DNA from: a phage
Strand: one strand, 5' to 3'
Sequence record: PX418213.1
Length of the DNA stretch: 64,000 bases
Shown: positions 25,633 through 35,299 of the stretch, in pieces
How positions within the stretch are numbered: position 1 is the first letter of the stretch
Layout: each line of letters opens with the position of its first letter
Notes under the pieces: model-generated
Told to the model about the DNA's origin: nothing
Database searches by the model: none
Seen by the model: only the letters and a program-made list of their open reading frames with translations
Position numbers and translations under genes: made by a program

Positions 25633-26061
25633 ATGTTCAATAATGTATTCTCTAAAGAAGCTAACCCAATTTTGGTTAACTTTTGGCGTACTCTCCCGGC
25701 TAGCCTGTATAATGAGGCTATTAACTCCTTGAAAATATGGTGTGAGAATAATGAAATCTCCTTTGCTTTTAAAGATGATATTGATGAGGGCCCCTGTATT
25801 GGTTTAACTGTGCAGGTAGAGGATGGTCTTGAAGAGATTGTCGGCTGGAAAGAGTTGGATGAAATGGGCTTAGTTTTTGCGTTAAACTATAAGCTGTTTA
25901 TGCCTAACAAACACCGTATTGCTATTAATTATAAAACCGGTGAATCTCCTGGTTTTCAGGTTAATGAACGTTATGGTTGGTCTTACTCACCAGAAGAAGT
26001 AAATGAGGGGATTCAGAAACTTCGACGTTTCGGGTATATAATCCCAGGTTTAACTGCTTAA
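25633..26061 (+). CDS. hypothetical protein, tandem paralog A
   Basis: Shares blocks with 26071..26463: SF.F...IDxxPCIG, EL..MGL..ALN, PGL near C-terminus. Confidence 0.5.
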   Translation: MFNNVFSKEANPILVNFWRTLPASLYNEAINSLKIWCENNEISFAFKDDIDEGPCIGLTVQVEDGLEEIVGWKELDEMGLVFALNYKLFMPNKHRIAINYKTGESPGFQVNERYGWSYSPEEVNEGIQKLRRFGYIIPGLTA

Positions 26062-26070
26062 GGAGGCAGA

Positions 26071-26463
26071 ATGGAACAAGTATATTGGCGTCAGATTGAC
26101 CCTAGTTTGGTGAAACGTGCGGAGAAGCTGCTACAACGTTGGTTGGGGGTAAGACAAGCCTCCTTCACTTTTCCGGAACAGCAAATAGATGACCCCTGCA
26201 TTGGTGTTTTCCTGTCTGGATATGCCGGGGAATGGGAATTGGATTGGAATGAATTGTCTGCTATGGGCTTGATTGTTGCCCTAAACTTCTCTATATTCCA
26301 TCCACGTGGTTTGGCCATATGTCGTGTGCCTGATGACGGTTGTTCGCCCCATCTTTTACAGGTGGAAGATGATATTTGGGAGTACACTCCAGATATTCTC
26401 AAAGAGGCTAAAGAACAATTAAACCGTGTTGGGATATATGTTCCGGGATTAAATGATGAATAA
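26071..26463 (+). CDS. hypothetical protein, tandem paralog B
   Basis: See paralog A; AAGGAGG SD upstream. Confidence 0.5.
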   Translation: MEQVYWRQIDPSLVKRAEKLLQRWLGVRQASFTFPEQQIDDPCIGVFLSGYAGEWELDWNELSAMGLIVALNFSIFHPRGLAICRVPDDGCSPHLLQVEDDIWEYTPDILKEAKEQLNRVGIYVPGLNDE

Positions 26464-26650
26464 GGAATTTTGGAAAATAAAAGGTAAGATTTCTAAGTGG
26501 AATACTACAGGGAAAATTAGTAAGTCTCTAGAGATAGAGATAGCTAGAATGTTTACTGATCCTGATTTTGATATAGGAAAGCTAAGTAAAGTAGATGCTA
26601 AAAAAGTAGATAAGTATATGGAAGAGATTAGAAGTATTTTAAGTGTCTAA
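26453..26650 (+). CDS. hypothetical small protein (65 aa)
   Basis: ORF track; followed by a terminator hairpin at about 26659-26683. Confidence 0.4.
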   Translation: MMNKEFWKIKGKISKWNTTGKISKSLEIEIARMFTDPDFDIGKLSKVDAKKVDKYMEEIRSILSV

Positions 26651-27254
26651 TCCACATAACCGAGTCATTTTGGCTCGGTTTTACCCGTACTCAAGACCAA
26701 TGATAGCACCATCCGGAAAATTTTACTTGCAGGATGCCCAAAATCTTGATATAATATTTATATTGAATTGAGAGACATTAGTAAAAATTGATTTTGCTAA
26801 TTTTTCTTGTTTACAATCCGCGATACGGAACAGTTAGGCTGCCCCATTAAGGGTTGTTTTAACTGTTACGTGTTAGTTTTTAAACAAATAATTAATAGAA
26901 TACTTAGCGATCTACATCCCGTAGGAACCCTGGTAAGGCCTCGAAGCAACCTAGTGTGAGGTGGTTGTGAAGTGAGACGGGAAGAGTGAAAAACTCTGAG
27001 AAGTGATGACGTAAGGTATACTACATCTAGTATGAGCTAGTACATGAAGCATTAGGTGAGCAAATCTGGCTTAGCGGCCATCCTCAAGGATTTGTGCGGT
27101 ATAGTGAAGCGGCAGTGTAGCGTGAAAGGGGAAGTTGCCACCCCCCTTCAGTATTTGCGATTAATTTGTTGAGAAATTGACAGTAACAGTTGTTCTATTC
27201 TTTCTGAATAGTCCTAAAGAAAACTTATTTCATTTCCAACACAGGAGTATTGTT

Positions 27255-30041
27255 GTGTTCTCAATCCTACAAGGTCATGCAGGATTTCATCGCGATTTAG
27301 CCACAGGCAATTGGCGAGAAGTTAAAGCAGAAGACTATCTTTTTGCTAAAAGATTTTCCTCAAAGCATCCTGAAGGTAAACCAGCTTCAATGCCCTTCAA
27401 GTTTGATGTAATTGATGAAGTTGATCCTCAAACCCTAGTAGAAATGCTTCCTCTTATGAGACGTTTAACGTCTGACCCTCATATCGTTGCGGTACGAGGT
27501 CGATGTCTTGCACCTAAAAATAATGTGCGACGTAAGAAGGGCAACTTTAATATATCTAACCCAAGTCATATAATTGCAATGGACGTGGATGGTATTGTAG
27601 ATACAGGTGGTTGTAACAAGTTTGATCTTGTTGGCATGGCTCGACATATTATTAGAATGTTAAATAGTATTAGTGAGGATATGTTTCCTCTTGATGCAGG
27701 GTTTATTGCTCATGCATCGTCTTCGGCTGGACTAAAACCAGGTATCCGAATGCACTTAATACTAGAATCTAATGTTAAAGTAACTCAGGGTCAAATCAAA
27801 TTCTTATTTACATCTATCAACGAAAGTAGTAGACAAAAGTATGGCTTTGATATTGCCGACTTAGCCTATTACTCTTCCGTACAGCTCCATTACTTTGCAG
27901 ATCCGTTATTTATCGATGGTATAGTAGATCCGTTTAAAGCGGAGGGTGCTTCACGTCTGGTATTTGTTAAGGGTTCTAAAGTAAATTTACCCAATAATCT
28001 GGTTGACTATGAAACAACTAGGGGTGAGTTTAAAGAGGAGTTTTACTCTTTACTCGATCAAATTAAAGGTAAAAAAGCTGCCTCTGATAAAGTAGAGGAA
28101 ACTATCAGCGAACTAGAAGAAGCTGAGGATGGAGTGTATCTACGTATCATACCTAAACTCTATCACAGAGCTTTAGAGGATGGTGTTGACTTTGCATGGC
28201 TAGAAAAAGAAATCCGTCCAGCCTTATCAGAGTATATTGCAACTAAAGATAATAGTCGTAATATTCAAGATTACTTTAATAACGGTCGTAAACAGGCTCT
28301 GAAAGCATTTGTTAATAATTCTAAACGTGATATACCGGATGTTTTAAAAGGTATTCCACTTAAAAAACTAGAAACTAATTCTCTAGAAACTGATAACTTC
28401 TTGAAATTAAATACTGTACCACCAGAAGGTTATATGACTTTTGTAAAAGCAAGTCTAGGTACAGGTAAAACTACAGCGGTTGTGCGTTGGTTAGACTCAG
28501 GAGTTATTAAAGGTAATTTCTTAGCAATTACCAATACTAGAGCGCTAGTATCTTCAAATGCTAAGAAATTTAGTGCAGGACAATATGATAAGTCTGTAGA
28601 TATGCTTAATTTTAAGCGTGGTGCTATTGACCGTATGTCCACAACTATTCACTCTTTGCATAAGTTCAAGAGTTTTATTGGTCAAATTGATGCAATCTTT
28701 ATCGATGAATGTGATGCTGTAATGAATGACCTATTATTCGCCCCGGTTGTTAAACAACGTCGTGAATGTATTCAGGTTCTTCGAGACATTCTTGCAACTG
28801 CAAAAATCATTATATTATCTGATGGGGATATTAGTGCAGAAACAATTGAAGCATATGGTTCTTTGATTGAGTTTGATAAACCGGTTGCATTTTATAATCA
28901 TCACCGTAAAATGCTATCAAAAGCTCATGCTTATGAGTTCCCGGATGAATCCAGTATTTGGGTTGCACTTCAGACTTCTCTAGAGATGGGTGAGAAATCT
29001 ATCCTAGTATCTGACTGTGGGCCGGATGAACTGAATGAGAAGGGCATGGCATTACGTCGTAATACGGGTGCGTTAGTTAAGGAAATCCACTCAAACTCTA
29101 CGTCTGATGTAGATATTCGACGTATTCTGGATTACACAACTAATGAGCTAATTGATCAACAAATTGATTGCTTATTATGTAGTCCATCGGTAACAAGTGG
29201 TGTTGACTTTAACTACTTTGATAACGTATTCGTTATTACTAGAACCTCAAACCAAGCGCCAAACATGCGTTTCCAAGCAATCAGGCGCGACCGTGGTGCT
29301 CAGAACATTTATTATTTTATTGATAAATCTACGAGTGGGTTCTCCGCAGGTTCTGAGCAATATAACATTGATGAAGGTTGGCTGGAGTTAGCACAGCAAT
29401 TATACGCACGTCGCAGGGAGCTGGAATCTAGAAACTATACTAGTACTCTACGTTATTACTTGCTTGATCAGGGTGCAACTATTGATATTTTCAGTGAAAG
29501 CTGGGGAAATATCGAAGGTGCAGGAAAAGAGTATACGGAAGAGCGAATCAAAGCTATTTTGTATTCAACTCCTGATTATTGTGCTCCACGCCATGCAGAT
29601 GCGTATGAAGCTAAACTACTTCTTGTTCGCTATTACCATCTTGAGTCTATTAAAGATGTAACAGTTGAGCATGTTGAACAATATATCAAAGATAAACCGA
29701 ATGATCGAGCTGCATTCTTCCATAAGATGCACGAGATGTTCTGGGAAGATATTAAGAAGTGTTCAAATGTCACTATCAAACCCTTTATAGAAGCTCTGAA
29801 AGGTAAGAAGAAAGATTTCTTCCTTAAAACAGGTCAGAGTGCTAACCCAAAATATGCGAGAATGTATCTTGGTATGATGGGTATTGGCAAGGATATGAAC
29901 ACGGAGAATATTGTAGACTGGTACAGAACCTATTGTAAAATCGAGTGTATGCCAATCCCCCTAAAATTCATGACAGAGGAAGAGAAGGCCATGGCAGAAG
30001 AAGTAATGTCCGAACTTGGAGCAACCAATGAAGATACATAA
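27255..30041 (+). CDS. SF2-type helicase/ATPase, putative replication origin-binding protein
   Basis: Walker A (ASLGTGKTTAV), Walker B (IFIDECD), helicase motif (LLCSPSVTSGVDF); start taken as GTG at 27255 after AGGAG; the upstream track extension lacks an SD. Role inferred from position. Confidence 0.6.
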   Translation: MFSILQGHAGFHRDLATGNWREVKAEDYLFAKRFSSKHPEGKPASMPFKFDVIDEVDPQTLVEMLPLMRRLTSDPHIVAVRGRCLAPKNNVRRKKGNFNISNPSHIIAMDVDGIVDTGGCNKFDLVGMARHIIRMLNSISEDMFPLDAGFIAHASSSAGLKPGIRMHLILESNVKVTQGQIKFLFTSINESSRQKYGFDIADLAYYSSVQLHYFADPLFIDGIVDPFKAEGASRLVFVKGSKVNLPNNLVDYETTRGEFKEEFYSLLDQIKGKKAASDKVEETISELEEAEDGVYLRIIPKLYHRALEDGVDFAWLEKEIRPALSEYIATKDNSRNIQDYFNNGRKQALKAFVNNSKRDIPDVLKGIPLKKLETNSLETDNFLKLNTVPPEGYMTFVKASLGTGKTTAVVRWLDSGVIKGNFLAITNTRALVSSNAKKFSAGQYDKSVDMLNFKRGAIDRMSTTIHSLHKFKSFIGQIDAIFIDECDAVMNDLLFAPVVKQRRECIQVLRDILATAKIIILSDGDISAETIEAYGSLIEFDKPVAFYNHHRKMLSKAHAYEFPDESSIWVALQTSLEMGEKSILVSDCGPDELNEKGMALRRNTGALVKEIHSNSTSDVDIRRILDYTTNELIDQQIDCLLCSPSVTSGVDFNYFDNVFVITRTSNQAPNMRFQAIRRDRGAQNIYYFIDKSTSGFSAGSEQYNIDEGWLELAQQLYARRRELESRNYTSTLRYYLLDQGATIDIFSESWGNIEGAGKEYTEERIKAILYSTPDYCAPRHADAYEAKLLLVRYYHLESIKDVTVEHVEQYIKDKPNDRAAFFHKMHEMFWEDIKKCSNVTIKPFIEALKGKKKDFFLKTGQSANPKYARMYLGMMGIGKDMNTENIVDWYRTYCKIECMPIPLKFMTEEEKAMAEEVMSELGATNEDT

Positions 30042-30546
30042 ACCAATGCCTCCTATGGCATTTATCCTGAAAAAGCTTAAGTATGATGAAAGTACTGGGG
30101 ACTTAATTTGGTTATCTGGCCCAAGGAAGGGAAGGGTAGCGGGCTCCAAAATGAAAACTGGGAGACAGTTAGAGTTTACTATAAAGGGAGAGCGGACAGC
30201 TTACTTAGCCCATAGAATAATCTGGTTTATAAAAACAGGCGAAGATCCTGGGGATAAAACTATCGACCACAAAGACGGGGATAACTTAAACAACTTGTGG
30301 GATAATTTACGTAAGGCTACCTACTCCGAAAATGGAAAGAATAAGAAGTGTTCTACTAATTCTACCGGATTCACTGGAGTTGTAAAACGAGGTAATAGGT
30401 ATATGGCCTACGCTTACTGTGATGGAAAGCAGCATATTTTTGGTAGACGAGATACCCCGGAAGAAGCCCATCAGCTATACCTTATGGGAGTTAAAGAACT
30501 GTTTGGTGAATTTAATCCCTCGGAGAGATATGACAGTGAAGAATAA
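30028..30546 (+). CDS. HNH endonuclease with AP2-type DNA-binding domain (homing-endonuclease-like)
   Basis: HNH block (AHRIIW...IDHKDGDNLNNLWDNLR) followed by AP2-like block (TGFTGV...GNRYMAY...FG...TPEEAHQLY); AT-rich with rare AGA/AGG/ATA codons; overlaps the end of the upstream helicase. Confidence 0.7.
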   Translation: MKIHKPMPPMAFILKKLKYDESTGDLIWLSGPRKGRVAGSKMKTGRQLEFTIKGERTAYLAHRIIWFIKTGEDPGDKTIDHKDGDNLNNLWDNLRKATYSENGKNKKCSTNSTGFTGVVKRGNRYMAYAYCDGKQHIFGRRDTPEEAHQLYLMGVKELFGEFNPSERYDSEE

Positions 30547-30763
30547 AAAATGGGAAACAAGGAAGTTCCCAGTAAAAGAACGTAAAGTTCCTGCTTACAA
30601 CACTTCGGAAAAGCTATGTAGGGTGGTTCCTGCTAGACTAGCTGGCATCCCTAACATATCCGAGTGGTTACTTAAACAACGGAAAACAAACGTGTCTCTT
30701 CGCATCGGCTTTGAGTTAGATAAAGTCTATGCTGAACTTGCTTCTTTGCTCAAGGAATCGTAA
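30530..30763 (+). CDS. hypothetical protein (about 77 aa)
   Basis: In-frame ATG within track ORF 30419..30763, preceded by GGAGAG; overlaps HNH gene end. Confidence 0.35.
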   Translation: MTVKNKKWETRKFPVKERKVPAYNTSEKLCRVVPARLAGIPNISEWLLKQRKTNVSLRIGFELDKVYAELASLLKES

Positions 30764-30771
30764 AAATTTAT

Positions 30772-30800
30772 TTGCTTTCAGGAAAATTTTTCTGTATAAT
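30772..30800 (+). promoter_or_regulatory. sigma70-like promoter (plus strand) with conserved leader
   Basis: atTTGCTTtcaggaaaatttttctgTATAATagattcataaatttgagagaggag. Confidence 0.5.
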
Positions 30801-30831
30801 AGATTCATAAATTTGAGAGAGGAGTTTAAAT

Positions 30832-31536
30832 ATGGCTGGTTCTCGCAGAAAGAAACATATCCATGAAATCCCTGATGAAGTCTTTAAAAAGGTTATAGAG
30901 CATCTGGAGAACGGTGGTACTAAGAAAGCAGCATGTGAAATGCTCGGCGTATCATCCAATCCAACTATGGAAAGGATGATTGAGGAGTGGCAAGACCGCC
31001 AGATCCAAGTTGCCGAAATGAAGAAAAAGAAACGCGGCACACTTATTGAAGGCATTGAGTTAGCTAACGTTATTGAGCAGTATTTATCTGGTGATTCTTT
31101 CGAAGAAATTGCCGATCGTAATTACCGCTCTGTAGCAATGGTTAAATCTGTTCTGGAACGATATGGTGCTCTACTTCGTTTGAACGATATTGTAGATCCA
31201 TTGAATCCTCCAATTATTCCTGATGATGCTGTAGCAGAAGAATTTGCAGTTGGTGAGCTTGTTTGGGTTCCTGGATACCAGTGTATTGGTGAAATCAAAA
31301 AAGCAATGGATAATCCTGTTGGTTGCTATCGTGTATGGCTTCTATCAGAAGGCAAACAACAGAACGTCCATTATATGAATTACGAGCTGGCTTCTGTTAA
31401 ACATCTGGAAAAATTAGGGGTTGACGTAAAATCTCTAGGGTACAAGTGGACTCGTGAAGAAGTAATTTCATTAATTAATGAAGCTGTTAAGGCTGCCTTG
31501 AAACTTGATAAAGAAAAAGGAAAACGCCGTGAGTAA
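30832..31536 (+). CDS. hypothetical protein with N-terminal helix-turn-helix-like segment
   Basis: GGTKKAACEMLGVSSNPTMERM resembles an HTH; strong promoter and SD upstream. Confidence 0.5.
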   Translation: MAGSRRKKHIHEIPDEVFKKVIEHLENGGTKKAACEMLGVSSNPTMERMIEEWQDRQIQVAEMKKKKRGTLIEGIELANVIEQYLSGDSFEEIADRNYRSVAMVKSVLERYGALLRLNDIVDPLNPPIIPDDAVAEEFAVGELVWVPGYQCIGEIKKAMDNPVGCYRVWLLSEGKQQNVHYMNYELASVKHLEKLGVDVKSLGYKWTREEVISLINEAVKAALKLDKEKGKRRE

Positions 31537-31780
31537 GCTAACAGATTTGCTTAAAGATGGGGAAGTAAAAACTCTGTATCGTAGAAGCTGGGATAATGAT
31601 AATAATGGCTTAGTATTACTAACTCTAGATGCTGACTCAGATGTAGTTACCCAACATACCTGGGTAGCTGGTAATTATCCCTATAGTGAGGTTGTTACGT
31701 TAACAGTATGCGAAGCTATTGCCGACGATTGGGAGGTTGCCAGCATCGATGATATGCTCGCTGTTGGCCTGGTGGAGTAA
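31529..31780 (+). CDS. hypothetical protein (about 83 aa)
   Basis: Track ORF 31505..31780 trimmed to the GTG after AAAGGA; start uncertain. Confidence 0.35.
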   Translation: MSKLTDLLKDGEVKTLYRRSWDNDNNGLVLLTLDADSDVVTQHTWVAGNYPYSEVVTLTVCEAIADDWEVASIDDMLAVGLVE

Positions 31781-31883
31781 CTACAGAAAAATTTCAGTTG
31801 CTTAATCCTATAATTCTTGATATAATATTCTCATAGTTTGAAAGAACTATTCTGTTTAATTCTTAATTAAGGAAATATAAAAT

Positions 31884-32294
31884 ATGACTACTCCAACTCA
31901 GTGGACTGATGAACTGTTCGAAAAAATGTCTTCCGAATACGTTGCTCGTATGGAGCAATTCCCAGAGGATGAACGTCCGGGTGTTAGCATGGAAATTGTT
32001 AGCGAAATTGCCCAGGAAAATGGTGTAACTCCGAACGGTTTTCGTATGAAGCTGACTAAAGCAGGTTTGTATATCAAGAAAGCTGCTGGCTCCGCTTCTA
32101 AATCTAGCGCATCTACTGGAGAAAAAGCTTCTGGTGGTTCTCGTACTTCCAAAGCCCAAGCTCATGCCGATCTTCGTTCAGCATTCTCTGATGCTGGCTT
32201 AGCACCAGATTTTCTGGATGATGCAATTATCGACAAACTGACCGGTAAAGCGGCTGCTCATCTGGCAGAAGCAATCCGAGCTATCACTAAGTAA
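31884..32294 (+). CDS. hypothetical protein (136 aa)
   Basis: ORF track; promoter-like -10 elements upstream. Confidence 0.5.
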   Translation: MTTPTQWTDELFEKMSSEYVARMEQFPEDERPGVSMEIVSEIAQENGVTPNGFRMKLTKAGLYIKKAAGSASKSSASTGEKASGGSRTSKAQAHADLRSAFSDAGLAPDFLDDAIIDKLTGKAAAHLAEAIRAITK

Positions 32295-32330
32295 TTTTTA
32301 GATAAATCCACCAACAAAAGGAACACAGTT

Positions 32331-32627
32331 ATGACCAAAGCTGAAATTATCGCACAATGTGAAAAATTTGGTGAGTTTTATCTTCATTACGAGAAACTTC
32401 GTCAGAAAGGAACCACGTACCTTCAGGGTACGATGGAATTTGATCCAGCCCAAGATAAATATCTGGCTGAGCGTATTAAACGTGAACGTATTCGTAAAGC
32501 GAAAGATGATGAGATCCTTGTCTTCTCTCGTACTAATGATAGCTTCCGTTTTATTCCTGTCGAGAAAGTCCGTCGTGTGACTAGCCTCCAATCAGAGTTA
32601 GATCGTGCTTCTCCAGTAGGCCGATAA
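32331..32627 (+). CDS. hypothetical protein (98 aa)
   Basis: ORF track; terminator hairpin at about 32638-32660. Confidence 0.5.
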   Translation: MTKAEIIAQCEKFGEFYLHYEKLRQKGTTYLQGTMEFDPAQDKYLAERIKRERIRKAKDDEILVFSRTNDSFRFIPVEKVRRVTSLQSELDRASPVGR

Positions 32628-32637
32628 GAAACCAATT

Positions 32638-32660
32638 AGCCCCTATATGGGGCTTTTTGT
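32638..32660 (+). terminator. rho-independent terminator
   Basis: agcccc-tatat-ggggct followed by ttttt. Confidence 0.55.
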
Positions 32661-32677
32661 GTATTTGGGATAAGTAA

Positions 32678-32986
32678 ATGAGCGAACAGGTAAATCAAAA
32701 CTATGAAGGACACGTTGATGACCAGTCCATCATACTCTGGGAGAAGGAGGGAGAACAAATAAGATTAACAGTATCTGAATTTCGTGGGAATCTATACATG
32801 GGTATTCGTTACTGGCTTCTTGATATTAATGATGAATGGTTTCCAACGAAATCTGGCTTCTCTTTTCCTTACACCCTAGAAACAACATCACAGCTTTTCT
32901 ATGCGTTTACACAGATTCTTAGCGAATCTGAGGTTTTACATGAAGTACAGAAACGAGCTGAAGAACTCAAAGCCAAGAATGCCTAG
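32678..32986 (+). CDS. hypothetical protein (102 aa)
   Basis: ORF track; terminator overlapping the stop. Confidence 0.45.
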   Translation: MSEQVNQNYEGHVDDQSIILWEKEGEQIRLTVSEFRGNLYMGIRYWLLDINDEWFPTKSGFSFPYTLETTSQLFYAFTQILSESEVLHEVQKRAEELKAKNA

Positions 32987-33012
32987 TTCTTGGCTTTTTC
33001 TTTATAAATGTA

Positions 33013-33042
33013 TTTGCTTTCAACTCAGTTTTGTTATATAAT
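33013..33042 (+). promoter_or_regulatory. sigma70-like promoter (plus strand)
   Basis: TTTGCTttcaactcagttttgttaTATAAT. Confidence 0.45.
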
Positions 33043-33072
33043 ATTTATATAAATTAATGAGAGGGTTGCAAA

Positions 33073-33345
33073 GTGAAAAAGATAAATATAAGTACACTTA
33101 AACCTTTCCCATATATCGGACAGCCTCTTATACTTATGTGGGAGGAGAAGATTAATGGAGAAAAGTATTCTAAAATTAGAAGTGGGTATAAGCTGATTTC
33201 ACTTCATTACGAAAAAGAAATATTAACAGCTGAAATATACTCTCCATTGTCAGATAGGCTAGTAAAAACCACGTATTTGCATCTCTGCAAAAATTTTACA
33301 TGGCACGGATCCACTAGACAGCCCACGTACTATGAGGCAGAATAA
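33073..33345 (+). CDS. hypothetical protein (90 aa, GTG start)
   Basis: ORF track; AT-rich; GAGAGGG SD. Confidence 0.4.
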   Translation: MKKINISTLKPFPYIGQPLILMWEEKINGEKYSKIRSGYKLISLHYEKEILTAEIYSPLSDRLVKTTYLHLCKNFTWHGSTRQPTYYEAE

Positions 33346-34317
33346 ATGACTAATATAAAAGACTTTATTAAACGTTGTCAAGAAGCGTATTACCAGGGAA
33401 TGTCTTTAATCTCTGACGAAGAATATGATCGTCTGATTAAAAGATTTCCGTTAGAAGAAGAGATTGGCCCTAAGGGCGATATTCCACATCTGTATCGTAT
33501 GTATTCTTTACAGAAAGTTTATTATAATCGTGGAGATAAACCCCCATTTAACCCATTAGGTCAGGTAGAAACTGACAAGTTAGATGGTTGTGCGATTTCT
33601 CTATTATATATTAATGGCGAATTTGTTCAAGCGCTAACTCGTGGTAATGGCATTTTAGGGAATGATGTCACAAGCAACGTAAGATTGCTGAATATCCCTG
33701 AAAAGATTTCCCAAAAAGTACCTACTCAAATCACTGGTGAAGTTCTAATTACAAAAGAAGTAGAAAATAAACGTAACTTTGCCTCTGGTGCTATTAACCT
33801 CAAAGATAGCGATGATTTCGTACAACGTATCGGGGAAGGTGGTTTAATCTTCGTTGCATACGGTATCCAGTGTTCTGCTGAATCTGTAGGTATTACAGAA
33901 TCGTATTTAAAAGATATGCTCTGGCTAGAGAATGAAGATTTCTTAACAGTTGTTAATGTGCGTTCCTTCTTTAAATGGATTCCGACGGACGGTAAAGTTG
34001 TTCGTATTAATGACAACAACAAATTCTTCCGAGAAGGCTGGACTAATAAATTCCCTCGTGGGGCATTCGCTATTAAAGAGGATGAAGAAGGCGAGATTAC
34101 AACTCTTACTAAAGTTGAATGGCAGGTAGGGGCTTCTGGTAAAGTAACTCCAGTTGGTTATTTCGAACCGGTAATTATTGATGATGCTACAATTGTTAAA
34201 GCGACTCTTAATAACGTTGATTATATTAACTCTCTTGATCTAGAGATCGGTTGCCAGATTCGAGTGATTCGTGCTGGTGGTGTAATCCCGTGCATAGTAG
34301 AGCGAGTATACGATTAA
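33346..34317 (+). CDS. ligA: NAD-dependent DNA ligase, adenylation-domain subunit (split ligase, part A)
   Basis: KxDG adenylation motif (ETDKLDGCAISL) and TRGNGILGNDVT block; protein stops after the adenylation/OB region. Confidence 0.7.
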   Translation: MTNIKDFIKRCQEAYYQGMSLISDEEYDRLIKRFPLEEEIGPKGDIPHLYRMYSLQKVYYNRGDKPPFNPLGQVETDKLDGCAISLLYINGEFVQALTRGNGILGNDVTSNVRLLNIPEKISQKVPTQITGEVLITKEVENKRNFASGAINLKDSDDFVQRIGEGGLIFVAYGIQCSAESVGITESYLKDMLWLENEDFLTVVNVRSFFKWIPTDGKVVRINDNNKFFREGWTNKFPRGAFAIKEDEEGEITTLTKVEWQVGASGKVTPVGYFEPVIIDDATIVKATLNNVDYINSLDLEIGCQIRVIRAGGVIPCIVERVYD

Positions 34318-34460
34318 TACATAACCCTTTGCTACCCATCTACCATATCGGAATTATAAAGTGGTTATTGACATTTTCGCCGCTTAGGTATATACTATTA
34401 TCATTCAGTTGAGGGATAGAAAGTTATGGCGAGGGTAAGCAAAGTTAGTTAAAATTGTAG

Positions 34461-34489
34461 TTGCTAAATGCTTAAATACTTGCTATAAT
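34461..34489 (+). promoter_or_regulatory. sigma70-like promoter (plus strand) between the two ligase genes
   Basis: TTGCTAaatgcttaaatacttgcTATAAT with 17-bp spacer; a second TTGACA/TATACT pair lies at about 34367-34395. Confidence 0.5.
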
Positions 34490-34519
34490 ATTTATATAAA
34501 TTGATAAGGAAGAAATTTG

Positions 34520-35299
34520 ATGAAAATCGAAATTCCAACACAATGTCCCTCTTGTGGTTCTAAGCTAGATCTTGTCAACGGACAATTATTCTGTCGGAAT
34601 AAGTCCAACTGTCCAGCGCAATCAAGTAAGTTAATTGAGAACTTCTGTTCAAAAATGAAGTTAAAGGGCTTTGGCCCAAAAACTATTGAGAAGCTGGAGC
34701 TGACGAAGATTTCAGAACTATTTTACCTAACCGAAGAAGATTTGGTTAGAGCCGTGGGTAGCAAGGTTGCCGCTAAGTTAATTAGCGAATTAAATACTAA
34801 AGTTCGCGGAGACATTGACTTTGGTTCAGTTCTCGGTTCTTTAGGAATCCCTCTAATTGGAGAGGTTGCAGCAAAGAAATTATCCCAAAATTGCACTAGC
34901 TTCCACGATGTGAAGGCTGACGGCAAGGCTGGAGAAAACTATAAAGCCTGGCTAAATTCCCCACAAGGCAAGGATGTTATCGAACTACCGTGGAAATTCT
35001 CAACTGGTATTAAGGGCACTAAAGCTAATATTATCATTACGGATGAATTAGTTGCCCGGCCAAATGGAATCACGGTATGTATTACCGGATCTTTGCAAGA
35101 TTTTGCAAATAGAACGGATGCAACAAACTATTTAGAAAGTCTAGGATATACGGTTAAGAAATCCGTTACCAAAGACGTTAAATACCTAATCTGTGAGGAT
35201 GAATCAAAACGTTCTTCCTCATCTTATAAGAAAGCCGAAACGAATGGGATAGAAATCCTGTCGATTAAAGAACTATTGGAGAAAAATAATAATGTCTAA
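34520..35299 (+). CDS. ligB: NAD-dependent DNA ligase, Zn-finger/HhH/BRCT subunit (split ligase, part B)
   Basis: Cys4 zinc finger (CPSCGS...CRNKSNCPAQ), HhH-like segments, BRCT-like C-terminus; start at ATG 34520. Confidence 0.65.
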   Translation: MKIEIPTQCPSCGSKLDLVNGQLFCRNKSNCPAQSSKLIENFCSKMKLKGFGPKTIEKLELTKISELFYLTEEDLVRAVGSKVAAKLISELNTKVRGDIDFGSVLGSLGIPLIGEVAAKKLSQNCTSFHDVKADGKAGENYKAWLNSPQGKDVIELPWKFSTGIKGTKANIIITDELVARPNGITVCITGSLQDFANRTDATNYLESLGYTVKKSVTKDVKYLICEDESKRSSSSYKKAETNGIEILSIKELLEKNNNV

